Shown: piece by piece, positions 12,501 through 23,354 of the stretch | Layout: each line of letters starts with the position of its first letter | Numbering within the stretch: the first letter of the stretch is position 1 | DNA from: Mobula hypostoma | Taxonomy: Eukaryota | Direction: 5' to 3' | Assembly (NCBI RefSeq): GCF_963921235.1 | Contig: NC_086108.1 | Coordinates: 58,034,001-58,098,000 of the forward strand | Length of the DNA stretch: 64,000 nt | The notes under the pieces: model-generated | Seen by the model: the letters and a program-made list of their open reading frames with translations, nothing else | Database searches by the model: none | Told to the model about the DNA's origin: nothing | Made by a program: the position numbers and the translations under genes

Positions 12501-15500
12501 ATGAGTGAAACTGGGGGGGGGGGTGGGGAGGAAGAAGTACAAGGTGGTAGGCAATGAGTGAAACCGGGGGGGGGTGGGGTGGGGTGGGGGAGGAAGAAGT
12601 ACAAGGTGGTAGGCAATGAGTGAAACCGGGGGTGGGGGGTGGGGGAGGAAGAAGTACAAGGTGGTAGGCAATGAGTGAAACCGGGGGGTGGGGTGTGGAG
12701 GAAGAAGTACAAGGTGGTAGGCAATGAGTGAAACCGGGGGGGAGGGGTGGAAGAAGTACAAGGTGGTAGGCAATGAGTGAAACCGGGGGGGGGGGGTGGA
12801 AGAAGTACAAGGTGGTAGGCAATGAGTGAAACCGGGGGTGGGGTGGGTGAGGAAGAAGTACATGGTGGTAGGCAATGAGTGAAACTGGGGTGGGGTGGGG
12901 GAGGAAGAAGTACAAGGTGGTAGGCAATGAGTGAAACCGGGGGGTGGTGGGGTGGGGGAGGAAGAAGTACAAGGTGGTAGGCAATGAGTGAAACTGGGGG
13001 TGGGGTGGGTGAGGAAGAAGTACAAGGTGGTAGGCAATGAGTGAAACTGGGGTGGGGTGGGGGAGGAAGAAGTACAAGGTGGTAGGCAATGAGTGAAACC
13101 GGGGGGTGGTGGGGTGGGGGAGGAAGAAATACAAGGTGGTAGGCAATGAGTGAAACCGGAGGGGGGGCAGGTGGTGGGGGAGGAAGAAGTACAAGGTGGT
13201 AGGCAATGAGTGAAACCGGCGGGGGGGTGGTGGTGGGGGAGGAAGAAGTACAATGTGGTAGGCAATGAGTGAAACCGGGGGGGTGGTGGGGTGGGGGAGG
13301 AAGAAGTACAAGGTGGTAGGCAATGAGTGAAACCGGGGGGGGTGGGGGTGGGGGAGGAAGAAGTAGAAGGTGGTAGGCAATGAGTGAAACCGGGGGCGGG
13401 GTGGGGGGGAGCGGAAGAAGTACAAGGTGGTAGGCAATGAGTGAAACCGGGGGCGGGGTGGGGGGGGTGGAAGAAGTACAAGGTGGTAGGCAATGAGTGA
13501 TACCGGCGGGGGGGTGGGGGGTGTTGAAGAAGTACAAGGTGGTAGGCAATGAGTGAAACCTGGGGGTGGGGGTGGGGGGTGAGGAAGAAGTACAAGGTGG
13601 TAGGCAATGAGTGAAACCTGGGGGGTGGTGGGGGGTGGAGGAAGAAGTACAAGATGGTAGGCAATGAGTGAAACCGGGGGCGGGGTGGGGTGGGGAGGAA
13701 GAAGTACAAGGTGGTAGGCAATGAGTGAAACCGGGGGGGGTGGGGAGGAAGAAGTACAAGGTGGTAGACAATGAGTGAAACCGGGGGCGGGGTGGGGGGG
13801 GGAGGAAGAAGTACAAGGTGGTAGGCAATGAGTGAAACCGGGGGGGTGGGGTGGGGGAGGAAGAAGTACAAGGTGGTAGGCAATGAGTGAAACCGGGGGG
13901 GGTGGGGAGGAAGAAGTACAAGGTGGTAGACAATGAGTGAAACCGGGGGCGGGGTGGGGGGTGGAGGAAGAAGTACAAGGTGGTAGGCAATGAGTGAAAC
14001 CGGGGGCGGGGGGGGGGGGGGGAGGAAGAAGTACAAGGTGGTAGGCAATGAGTGAAACCGGGGGGGTGGGGTGGGGGAGGAAGAAGTACAAGGTGGTCGG
14101 CAATGAGTGAAACCGGGGGGGTGGGGGGGGAGGAAGAAGTACAAGGTGGTAGGCAATGAGTGAAACCGGGGGGTGGGTGGGGGGTGGTGGGGGAGGAAGA
14201 AGTACAAGGTGGTAGGCAATGAGTGAAACCGGGGGGGGGGTGGGGGAGGAAGAAGTACAAGGTGGTAGGCAATGAGTGAAACCGGGGGCGGGTGTGGGGT
14301 GGGGAGGAAGAAGTACAAGGTGGTAGGCAATGAGTGAAACCGGGGGGGGGGGGTGGGGTGGGGGAGGAAGAAGTACAAGGTGGTAGGCAATGAGTGAAAC
14401 CTGGGGGGGTGGGGGGGGAGGAAGAAGTACAAGGTGGTAGGCAATGAGTGAAACCGGGGGGTGGGTGGGGGGTGGTGGGGGAGGAAGAAGTACAAGGTGG
14501 TAGGCAATGAGTGAAACCGGGGGGGGGTGAGGGGGGGAGGAAAAAGTACAAGGTGGTCGGCAATGAGTGAAACCTGGGGGGGTGGGGGGGGAGGAAGAAG
14601 TACAAGGTGGTAGGCAATGAGTGAAACCGGGGGGTGGGTGGGGGGTGGTGGGGGAGGAAGAAGTACAAGGTGGTAGGCAATGAGTGAAACCGGGCGGGGG
14701 GTGGGGGAGGAAGAAGTACAAGGTGGTAGGCAATGAGTGAAACCGGGGGCGGGTGTGGGGTGGGGAGGAAGAAGTACAAGGTGGTAGGCAATGAGTGAAA
14801 CCGGGGGGGGGGGTGGGGTGGGGGAGGAAGAAGTACAAGGTGGTAGGCAATGAGTGAAACCGGGGGGGGGGTTGGGGGAGGAAGAAGTACAAGGTGGTAG
14901 GCAATGAGTGAAACCGGGGGGGGGGTTGGGGGAGGAAGAAGTACAAGGTGGTAGGCAATGAGTGAAACCTGGGGGGGGGGGTGGGGGGTGAGGAAGAAGT
15001 ACAAGGTGGTAGGCAATGAGTGAAACCGGGGGGTGGGGTGGGGTGGGGGAGGAAGAAGTACAAGGTGGTAGGCAATGAGTGAAACCGGGGGGGGGGTTGG
15101 GGGAGGAAGAAGTACAAGGTGGTAGGCAATGAGTGAAACGGGGGGGGTGGGGGAGGAAGTACAAGGTGGTAGGCAATGAGTGAAACCGGGGGTGGGGTTG
15201 GGGAGGAAGAAGTACAAGGTGGTAGGCAATGAGTGAAACCCGGGGGGGGCGGGTGGTGGGGGAGGAAGAAGTACAAGGTGGTAGGCAATGAGTGAAACCG
15301 GGGGGGGGGTGTGGTGGGGGAGGAAGAAGTACAATGTGGTAGGCAATGAGTGAAACCGGGCGGGGGGGGTGTGGAGGAAGAAGTACAAGGTGGTAGGCAA
15401 TGAGTGAAACCGGGGGCGGGGGAGGGTGGGGTGGGGAGGAAGAAGTAGAAGGTGGTAGGCAATGAGTGAAACCGGGGGGGGGGTGGGTTGGGGGAGGAAG

Positions 15501-15891
15501 AAGTACAAGGTGGTAGGCAATGAGTGAAACCGGGGGGTGGGGTGGGGTGGGGGAGGAAGAAGTACAAGGTGGTAGGCAATGAGTGAAACCGGGGGGGGGG
15601 CGTTGGGGGAGGAAGAAGTACAAGGTGGTAGGCAATGAGTGAAACCGGGGGGGGGGGGGGGGAGGAAGTACAAGGTGGTAGACAATGAGTGAAACCGGGG
15701 GGGGGTGGTTGGGGAGGAAGAAGTACAAGGTGGTAGGCAATGAGTGAAACCGGGGTGGGGGGTGGGGTGGGGTGGGGGAGGAAGAAGTACAAGGTGGTAG
15801 GCAATGAGTGAAACCGGGGTGGGGGGTGGGGTGGGGTGGGGGAGGAAGAAGTACAAGGTGGTAGGCAATGAGTGAAACGGGGAGGGTGGGG
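517..15891. repeat. Giant G-rich minisatellite: 38-bp core GAGGAAGAAGTACAAGGTGGTAGGCAATGAGTGAAACC plus a variable ~8-25 nt G-run spacer, roughly 280-300 units (estimated from length)
   Basis: Direct reading. The core is near-invariant and spacers are G runs punctuated by T, occasionally C or A. The + strand is very G/A-rich and C-poor. Confidence 0.98.
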
Positions 15892-16574
15892 AAGTAAAGA
15901 ACTAGAAAGTTGATTGGTGCAAGAGATAAAGGGCTGAAGAAGGGGGAAACTGATTGGAGAGGTAGGAAGAAAGACCATGGGAGAAAGGGAAGGGGGAGCA
16001 GCACCAGAGGCTGATGATGGGCAGGGAAGAAGACAAGGTGAGAGAGGGAAACAGGCATGGGGAATAGTAAGGGGGGGGGCAATTACCGGAAGTCCGAGAA
16101 CATTGATTTTTATTCCTTAATAAATATACCTTTGCCACCTGATTATCACTTCTGTAGATTATATCTGGGAATGCTGAGATGCCAGTTCTATTCTCTCAAC
16201 CATTCTCTCTGAAAATGACTATGCCATATTACCATGCATAGAACAATGGTCTGCCTTAGCAGTCAGATTGCTTGTAATAAAAGCAATATAGCTTTTCATT
16301 CGTCCCATGTGCCATGTTGTGATCATGTCTTTTCTGATTATTGGATTGGTCTCGTTGTCCTGCTACATTTGATCGTACCTCCACCCTGATCTGTACATTT
16401 ATTCTGTGTCCCATTCTCCAGTCAAGTTCGTTTAAGCCCTCCCTCTCTATGGTTCTATGATTCAAAGTTCGTGATTTTCAAGAGGATGTGATAAAAAGAG
16501 AGAGGCAAAGATAAAAGTTTAAATAATTTTAAAATAGAGTGTAAAACATTTCATTTTCTTTTGCACTTTCTCAG

Positions 16575-16719
16575 CCTCTTGCAAAGTTGAAACATCTGAC
16601 CTACTTGGATATGTCGAAGAACAGAATAGAAACTATTGAGTCAGATATTTCTGGATGCGAAGGCCTCGAGGACCTCCTGCTTTCATCCAATATGCTGCAA
16701 CAGCTGCCTGACTCCATAG
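16575..16719 (+). CDS. LRRC7: LRRC7 (Densin-180) internal coding exon, LRR region: [49 protein letters not shown]
   Basis: Polypyrimidine tract with tctcAG acceptor and GTagga donor. 145 nt, phase 0 to 1. The peptide matches my recollection of vertebrate LRRC7 ([10 protein letters not shown]...[19 protein letters not shown]) better than the paralogue ERBIN. Confidence 0.93.
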
Positions 16720-17741
16720 GTAGGAACAATGTTACTATTTTGCATTAATTTTAATCAGCTCCAGTACAGAATCCAAAGAGAAATGAAACAGAGAATGTCT
16801 AAGAGGGATAATTTTCATTTTAATACATTTGCAATGATTTTGAAAGATGACCATAACACAGTAAACAAAATACTCAACCTTCCTGAAAAGAGACACGAAT
16901 TGCTATATGTCTTTTTTTTTATGTGTAGTGCTTGTCAGAATTAAAGACATTATGGTAAACAATCTCATCTCTGTGACTCAGCAGAATGATGAATGTAGTT
17001 CCTTGTATATATAGATGAGAAATACCCAGTTACTTCTAAATGAAGTCATCTTTGGTGGGGAAACAACAGTCCTGATACAATTGTCTGCACACCTCTCAGC
17101 TCAAGGGAGAAGAATATAAACATACCAATTAGGAGAAGGAGTAAGCCTCTCCAGTGCCTCAAGCATATTTTGTATTTTAATAAGATCAAAGCTGATCTAA
17201 TTATAACCTCAACACCCCATTCCTGCCTACTTCTTGCTCATCAAGGATCAACTTTACTGTGCCATTAAAAATGCTCAAAGGCTGTTTCCAGAACCCTTTG
17301 AGGAATACAACCATGTGAAATAATTTCCCTCCTTCTGCCTCAATCAGGTGACCTTTTCTTTTTGTAGTGTAGCTTATTCCACAAAGGAACGCATCTTCTC
17401 AGAATCCACTCAATCTGTCAAAACCTCCAGGATCTGCTTCAATATTGTAATCAAATGCCTTCACATTTTTCTAAATTCCAAGATATCAGTCTGATTTTTA
17501 AGTGTGTTTGTGTGACTATCATACAAGGTTGAGATCTAAATCCAACTTATCTTTGATACTGCTCATTCGTAAAATAATTTGGGTAATGTCTCTGTGGGTT
17601 TATGGATAAAGATTCCACACACTCCACACAATTTGCCACATTTGAAGCTTCTTACAGGCATAATGTGCATTAAAATGAAAGCAAATAAAGAGCTCAAGCT
17701 ATATGCCCATTTACAATGCTAGCCATCCTCTTCTGATGCAT

Positions 17742-17940
17742 ACAACAGGAATTCTGCAGATGCTGGAAATTCAAGCAACATACATCAAAGTTGCTGGTGA
17801 ATGCAGCAGGCCAAGCAGCATCTATAGGAAGAGGTGCAGTCGACGTTTCAGGTCGAGACCCTTCGTCAGGACTAACTGCACCTCTTCCTATAGATGCTGC
17901 TTGGCCTGCTGCGTTCACCAGCAACTTTGATGTATGTTGC
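17742..17940 (-). mobile_element. Short Penelope-derived fold-back insertion with 14-bp target-site duplication
   Basis: 17742-17874 is nearly the reverse complement of 58248-58380. Inverted arms of 66 bp lie at 17775-17840 and 17875-17940. The direct repeat ctcttctgatgcat is at 17728-17741 and 17940-17953. Confidence 0.9.
17838..17873 (-). ncRNA. Minimal type I hammerhead ribozyme motif, intact core
   Basis: Minus strand agtc-CTGACGA-agg gtctcga cct-GAAAC-GTC-gact, with the GUC cleavage triplet and palindromic ACGT stem III. Confidence 0.85.
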
Positions 17941-18570
17941 TCTTCTGATGCATTATTGATTTCTACAACACACGATGGTGATCCGATTGTATGTAGAAGA
18001 AACTGCTTCATGGCATTTATATATTTATGTCATTATTGGAATTAAATCAGTTTCTTCATAAGTGAAGGAGACTTAATTGTAGAATAATTGTGAAGGGACA
18101 AAAACAATGAATATAATTTGGCTGGGAGGTGCAAGTTGGGAAAAATCATCAAAACACTGCCACCTACTGTTGAGACAATTTTTTGCAGAGAAAGATGGTA
18201 AAATGGAATTAAGACTTGGAAACATAGGAACAGAATTTAGGTCATTCAGCTCCATCATTTGATCATGGCTGATTTATTTTCCTCCTTAATTCCATATGCC
18301 ATAACTTTTGCCAATTTTACTAATTAAGAACCTATTTATCTGTGCTTTAAATATACCTAATAACCTGGCCTCCACAGCTGTCTGTGGCAATGAATTCCAC
18401 TGATTCACCACACTCTGTCCAAAGAGATTCCTCCTCATCTCTGTTATAAAGTGTTATCTTTCTATTCTGGGACTGGTCCTGGACTCTTCTTCCTGTTGGA
18501 AACATCCTCCCCACATCCAATCTATCTCTGCCTTTCAATATTCGGTAGGCTTTAGAGAAATTCCTCCTCA

Positions 18571-19390
18571 ACTTGGCTGAGTGGTGTAATACGACAACCT
18601 TTCACTCCATGTCAATAAGACCAAGGACTGCCTGTAGACTTCAGGTGAGGGAAACCAGATGTCCATGAGCCAGTAATCATCAGAGGATCAGAGGTGTCCT
18701 GGGTGTCACTATCTCAGAGGACTTGTCCCAGACCCATCATATAAATATTATTATGAAGAATGCACGACACTGCCTGTACTTCCTCAGGAGTCTATAGAGA
18801 TTCGGCATGTCATTGAAAACCTTGACAAACTTCTATAGATGTGTGGTGGAAAGTGTGCTGACTGGCTGTATTATGGCTTGGTATGGGAACACTAATGCCT
18901 TTGAGCAGAAAATCCTACAAAAGTAGTGGATTCGGCCCAGTACATCCCAACCATTGAGCATATCTACATGAAATGTTGCCACAGAAAAGCAGAATCCAGA
19001 CCCTCACCACCCAGGCCGAGCTCTTTCCTCGCTGCTGCCATCAGGTGGAAGGTACAAGTGCCTCAGGACTCGGACCACCAGGTTCAAGAACAGTTACTAT
19101 CCCTCAACCATCAGGCTCTTGAACAAAAGGGGATAGCTACACTCATTTAAGGACTCTGTTATATTGTTATTTCATGCTTGTTATTTATTGCTATTTATAT
19201 CTGCATTTGCACAGTTTGTTTACAATTAACAGTTCCTGATGTTTACAGTTTACAGATCCTGTTTACAATTACTGTTCTGTAGATTTGCTAAGGATGCCCA
19301 CAGAAAAAAAATCTCAAGTTTGTATGTGGTGACATATATGTACTCTGATAATAAATTTTACTTCGAATTTTTGAACATTGAACTTTGAAC
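18571..19390 (+). mobile_element. Rex1/Babar-like LINE 3' fragment
   Basis: Encodes remnants LTNFYRCVVESVLTGCIMAWYGN, as in the ORF at 53585-54073. Ends in an aataaa signal and a ttgaac-repeat tail. Confidence 0.75.
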
Positions 19391-19509
19391 CTCCCCCATT
19401 CTTCTAAATTCCAGTGAGTACAAGCCCAGAGCCATCAAATGCTCCTCATACATTACCCATTTCATTCCTGAAATTTTTTCTTGTAAACCTCCTCTAGGCC
19501 CTCTCAATT

Positions 19510-19665
19510 ATTTCAAATCTCTTACTAGCTCTTCTTTCAGTTAGTCCTGACGAAGGTTCTTGGACCGAAACCTCTTCCAATAGATGCTGCCTGGCCTGCT
19601 GCGTTCACCAGTAACTTTTATGTGTGTTGCTTGAAATTCCAGCATCTGCAGATTTCCTCATGTTT
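19510..19665 (+). mobile_element. Penelope 3' cassette with a deleted hammerhead and 12-bp TSD
   Basis: ttagtcCTGACGAaggttcttggaccGAAAC is followed by loss of the GTC/stem I segment. gccctctcaatt is duplicated at 19498-19509 and 19666-19677. Confidence 0.85.
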
Positions 19666-20699
19666 GCCCTCTCAATTCTTTTCCTGGATATGGGTCTAAA
19701 ACTGCTCTCAATACTCCAAGTGCAGTCTGATCAATGCCTTATAAAGCCTCAATATTACATCCTTGTTTTTATATTCTAGTCCAATGGAAATGAATGCAAA
19801 CGTTAAAAATGCCTTCCTTACTACTGACTTAACCTGCAAGTTAACCATTAGAGAATCCCACAATGACTACTCCAAGTCCCTTGCAGAAGTTACAGTTGTA
19901 CATCATGTTGACACATTATATAGAGTTGTCACTTTAAATTCCTGCAGTTATATTACCTGAGCTGATCGGCTCATGTGCAAAACTGGGAAGAGTATCAGGT
20001 AGGCTCTGATACAGAATCATAGAAATTAATGACACAACCAGAAAGATATTTGAACCATTGGGATTCATGCCAGCTAAGCAAAAATAGACATTTAGTCCAA
20101 TCACCTTCCCTGCTTTTTGTTTAAAGCCATGATGTTATCATACTTCAAGTGGTTACCTAATTAATTCTCTTGAGTCACAATTTAAATTTTCCTGCTGGAG
20201 TTCTAAAACTGAGCTGTAATAAAAGTATGTCACAAATTGCAATCTCATTTGGGTGTGCCAGGGGCTATCAAGGCTGTGTCTCACCCATATCATGGCATTT
20301 CTGATAAAAGGCTTTCAGTAGGTAAGAGAATGATCTTTGCAGATTGTTCTTTCTGCTCTTGTCACTGAAAATCAGGGAAATTCAATAGTGTGAATATAAA
20401 CTGAGCTTTTACAGATGTGCCATAATAATTATTCAAACATATTTAGGTTGTTCTTCTCATGCTATGGACATTAAAAAGGAGGATCTCTAAAGACGATATT
20501 TGCAATATTCAGCATCTGCATTATCCTGTGTTACTAATGCAAACAATAACAAGCAAAACCATACAATCGGGGACAACACACTCAAGACATTGCGACTTGT
20601 GTTTAGAGCCTAATATAATTTCCTCATAATTGATTTGTATGACTTCTTGACCAATAGACCACAAACTGTAAGATTGCACATCAACAACTTTGCCAGTTA

Positions 20700-21535
20700 T
20701 TTTCAATGCTGGTGTTCCACAAGGTGCATCTTCAGCCTCCTACTCTCTGTACACTCATGAGTGTGGGCCAAATGCTGCTCTAACTCCATCTACAAGTTTG
20801 AAAAGATTTGGTCATTGACCTCAGGAAGTGGGGGGTTGGTGTTGCACACGCTCCTGTCTTCATCAATGATGCTGAGATCGAGAGGGTTTAGAGCTTTGAG
20901 TTTCCAGGAATGAACATCACCAATAGCCTGTCCTGGGCCAAACACATAGGTGTCATGACTGAGAAAGATCACAAACACCTCTATTTCTTCAGGAGACAAA
21001 AGAAAATTGCCTTCATCATCCCTTACCGATTTTATTGATGCACTATACAAAGCATCTTATCTGAATGCATCACATCTTGGTATGGGAAGTGTTCCTCTTG
21101 TGACCACATGAAACTGCAGTGGGTTGTGCTCACAACTGTGCATACCACAGAAACCAGCCACTCTCCATCGGCTCTGTCTACACTTCTCACTGCCTCAGTA
21201 AAGCAGCCAGCATAATCAAAGACCCATACCACTCTGGACATTCTCTCTTCTCCCATTTCCTATCCAAAAGAAGCTACAAAAGTCTGAAAGTACTTATCAT
21301 CAGCTTCTGCCCCACTGCTATAACACTAATGAATGATTTCTTAGCATGATACGATGGACTTCTGACCTCACAATCTACCTCATTATGATTTTGCTCCTTA
21401 TTGTCTACCTGCACTACACTCTCTCTGTAGCTATTGCACTTTATTTTGCATTCTGCATTATTTTACTCAATGCATCAGCTAATGATTTGACCAGTATGAA
21501 GAGTATGCAAGATAGTACATGTAACAAGAATAAAC
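20700..21535 (+). mobile_element. Decayed Rex1/Babar-like LINE fragment
   Basis: RT remnant 'ggtgttccacaagg...agcctcctactctctgtacactcatga' (G.PQG..LSP.LY.LYT.D-like) and the AASIIKDP.H.GH.LFS motif. Confidence 0.65.
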
Positions 21536-23354
21536 CAATTCCAGTGCTCTGTGAAGAACATTTGAGAGATGCCATGCACTCTGCTGGTATCTGGAGACCA
21601 AATGAAAGAACCTTTTGATCATGTCCGTTGCTTGCTTTTCACATATTGCACAGCATGGTTCTTGTATGAGAATGACACTTGATCCTATGTCCACTTTCAA
21701 AAGAGATGCTTTCTGACTGGAGCCAAGGCTTCTTTGAGCTCCACACTTCTGCAGAGGGATATTTCTTATAATAATGCCACATCAATCTCACCCTTCAACC
21801 ACTCATTAAAATAATTCAATAAATGTGACATAGCGTGATGATCAGACAACCATCACGGTATTAGGTGTAATACAGCAATATGAAACAACAAAATATAAGT
21901 TCCATCGAATTCCATTGGAATCCAATACCATGTTTCTACATAAATCTCTTATTCAGATTTATGTATACCAGGAGAATAAGAACAACAGGAATTCAAGTGG
22001 ATAATGGAATGTCACTTAGAATGATTCCAAACACGGTCTCCCCCTCTCATATTGAATGTATCACCAACATCTACAGTGTTACCTCTTCACGCAGCACTAG
22101 TCTATCTCCTTTCCAAAGCGTAAACCAAACAGCCATCACATTCCTTCCTCTTAGAGAAACTGTTGAGGTAGATGACTAAATTAGAGCTTAAAATATTCAA
22201 GATTAAACTGAGATTCTTGAAGGGTGTTGACTAAGTAGATGCCAAGAGGTTGTTTCCCTTAGTAAGAGTGTATAACACAGGAGTATGCAATTTCATGATA
22301 AGGAATAGTCAATTACAAATCTAATGAACAAGTTATGAGTCTCTGAAAAAACTGCCCTGAAAGCAGTTGTTGTTCAGACGCTGAATCGGTTCCATTCTGA
22401 GGTCTGTATTTATGGACTCTTAAGGGAGTCTAAAAATGAAGGGAAAGGAAAACAGAACTGATGCCTGAAACAAGCTCTGATCTTACTGAATGATGTAGCA
22501 GGCAGCGGTGTTTGGGTGGCCAATTTCCATAACTATCCTTCATGATTTTTTTTTGTCTAAAAGATGCATCCTGTAATTGTGTATTGAAGAGATATTTTTG
22601 GTGAAGACATGCAGACCTGGAAAATGAATTGCCTGGCTATGCAATTGAATTTGTGCTTTGGAGTATAAATTGAGAAAAAAAACAGTAATTCTATGCATAT
22701 CTTACTGTTCATGAAATTTAATTAGCCATCAACTAGCATGATGTGCACCGGAAATGGTGAGATGCTTGGAGTGCAAATTACGTGAAAGGTGTCGGTCATG
22801 CAACATTTATTTGAAGCATTGCCACTGAAATTAGGTTATATCTTCCCGTTTTAGAAATATTAGCCAACTAGAAGGAACCATGTTCTTGTAGCACCTCCTC
22901 CTCTGCAACTGTACAATGTCAAAGCTACTCAGACAATTGTAGCTTACCGCTTCAGTCTGTTGGAGACATTTAAGGCCATAAGATATAGTTGCAGAATTAG
23001 GCTATTTGGCCCATCAAGTCTGCTCTGTCATTTCATCATGGCCGATCCATTTTTCCTCTCAGCCCCAATCTCCTGTCTTCTTTCCGTATCCCATCATGCC
23101 CCGACCAATCAAGAATCTATCAACCTCTGTCCTAAGTATAAAAGATATGGCCTCCACAATCGCCTGTGGCAATGAATCCCACAGATTAATTGCAATGCAG
23201 TGATATCATCCCAGGGCTTTAGACTTGAAGTGAAAAGTTGAGAGGAATAGGTAGACATGAATGGACTGAAGTAGCTGACAATAGTTATACTGGTCCTGAA
23301 TGATAATGATCTGCGGCACATTGGAGATTTCCTGGAATATCATCCTGAAACTAA

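Larger units (their letters stand above)
385..16108 (-). mobile_element. 5'-truncated Penelope-like element (ORF end, 3' UTR and hammerhead cassette) inflated by an internal tandem array
   Basis: On the minus strand 16107-16083 reads atcaatgttctcggacttccggTAA, homologous to the ORF end atcgacttctctaacttccgcTAA (..IDFSNFR*) at 57927-57950. It is followed by a pyrimidine-rich UTR, the array, then cagtcCTGATGAagggtctcagcctGAAACatcgactg...atagatgctgcctggcctg, as at 58249-58320. Confidence 0.85.
18220..19885 (-). mobile_element. CR1 LINE 3' fragment, split by a Rex1-like insertion (18571-19390) and a Penelope cassette (19510-19665)
   Basis: The minus-strand ORF 18347-18571 (AYRILKGRDRLDVGRMFP) is CR1 ORF2 C-terminus-like. 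The sequence resumes at ~19391 (ctcccccattcttctaaattccagtgagtac), matching 27295-27325. Confidence 0.75.

Noticed and set aside
517..15891. CRISPR array (constant 38-bp repeat with variable spacers)
   Set aside because: Spacers are low-complexity G runs of irregular length rather than unique sequences. There are no cas genes or leader, the context is a vertebrate intron, and the unit derives from a Penelope UTR.
517..15891. Telomeric or interstitial telomeric repeat, or exact G-run lengths as information
   Set aside because: No TTAGGG units are present. Long G homopolymer lengths are error-prone in sequencing, so only core variants and T-punctuation were trusted.
139..16082. Giant Pro/His-rich ORFs on the minus strand (up to 5279 aa, all three frames)
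   Set aside because: The minus-strand core has no stop in any frame and the spacers are poly-C, so long ORFs arise automatically. The same three peptides (GFTHCLPPCTSSS, VSLIAYHLVLLP, RFHSLPTTLYFFL) swap frames at random with spacer length, so there is no frame conservation. Not an extensin- or mucin-like gene.
17694..18045. ORFs containing PDEGSRPETST / DAAWPAAFTSNF (also 57990-58428)
   Set aside because: Chance translations of the non-coding Penelope hammerhead cassette. The similarity between strands comes from the inverted repeat.
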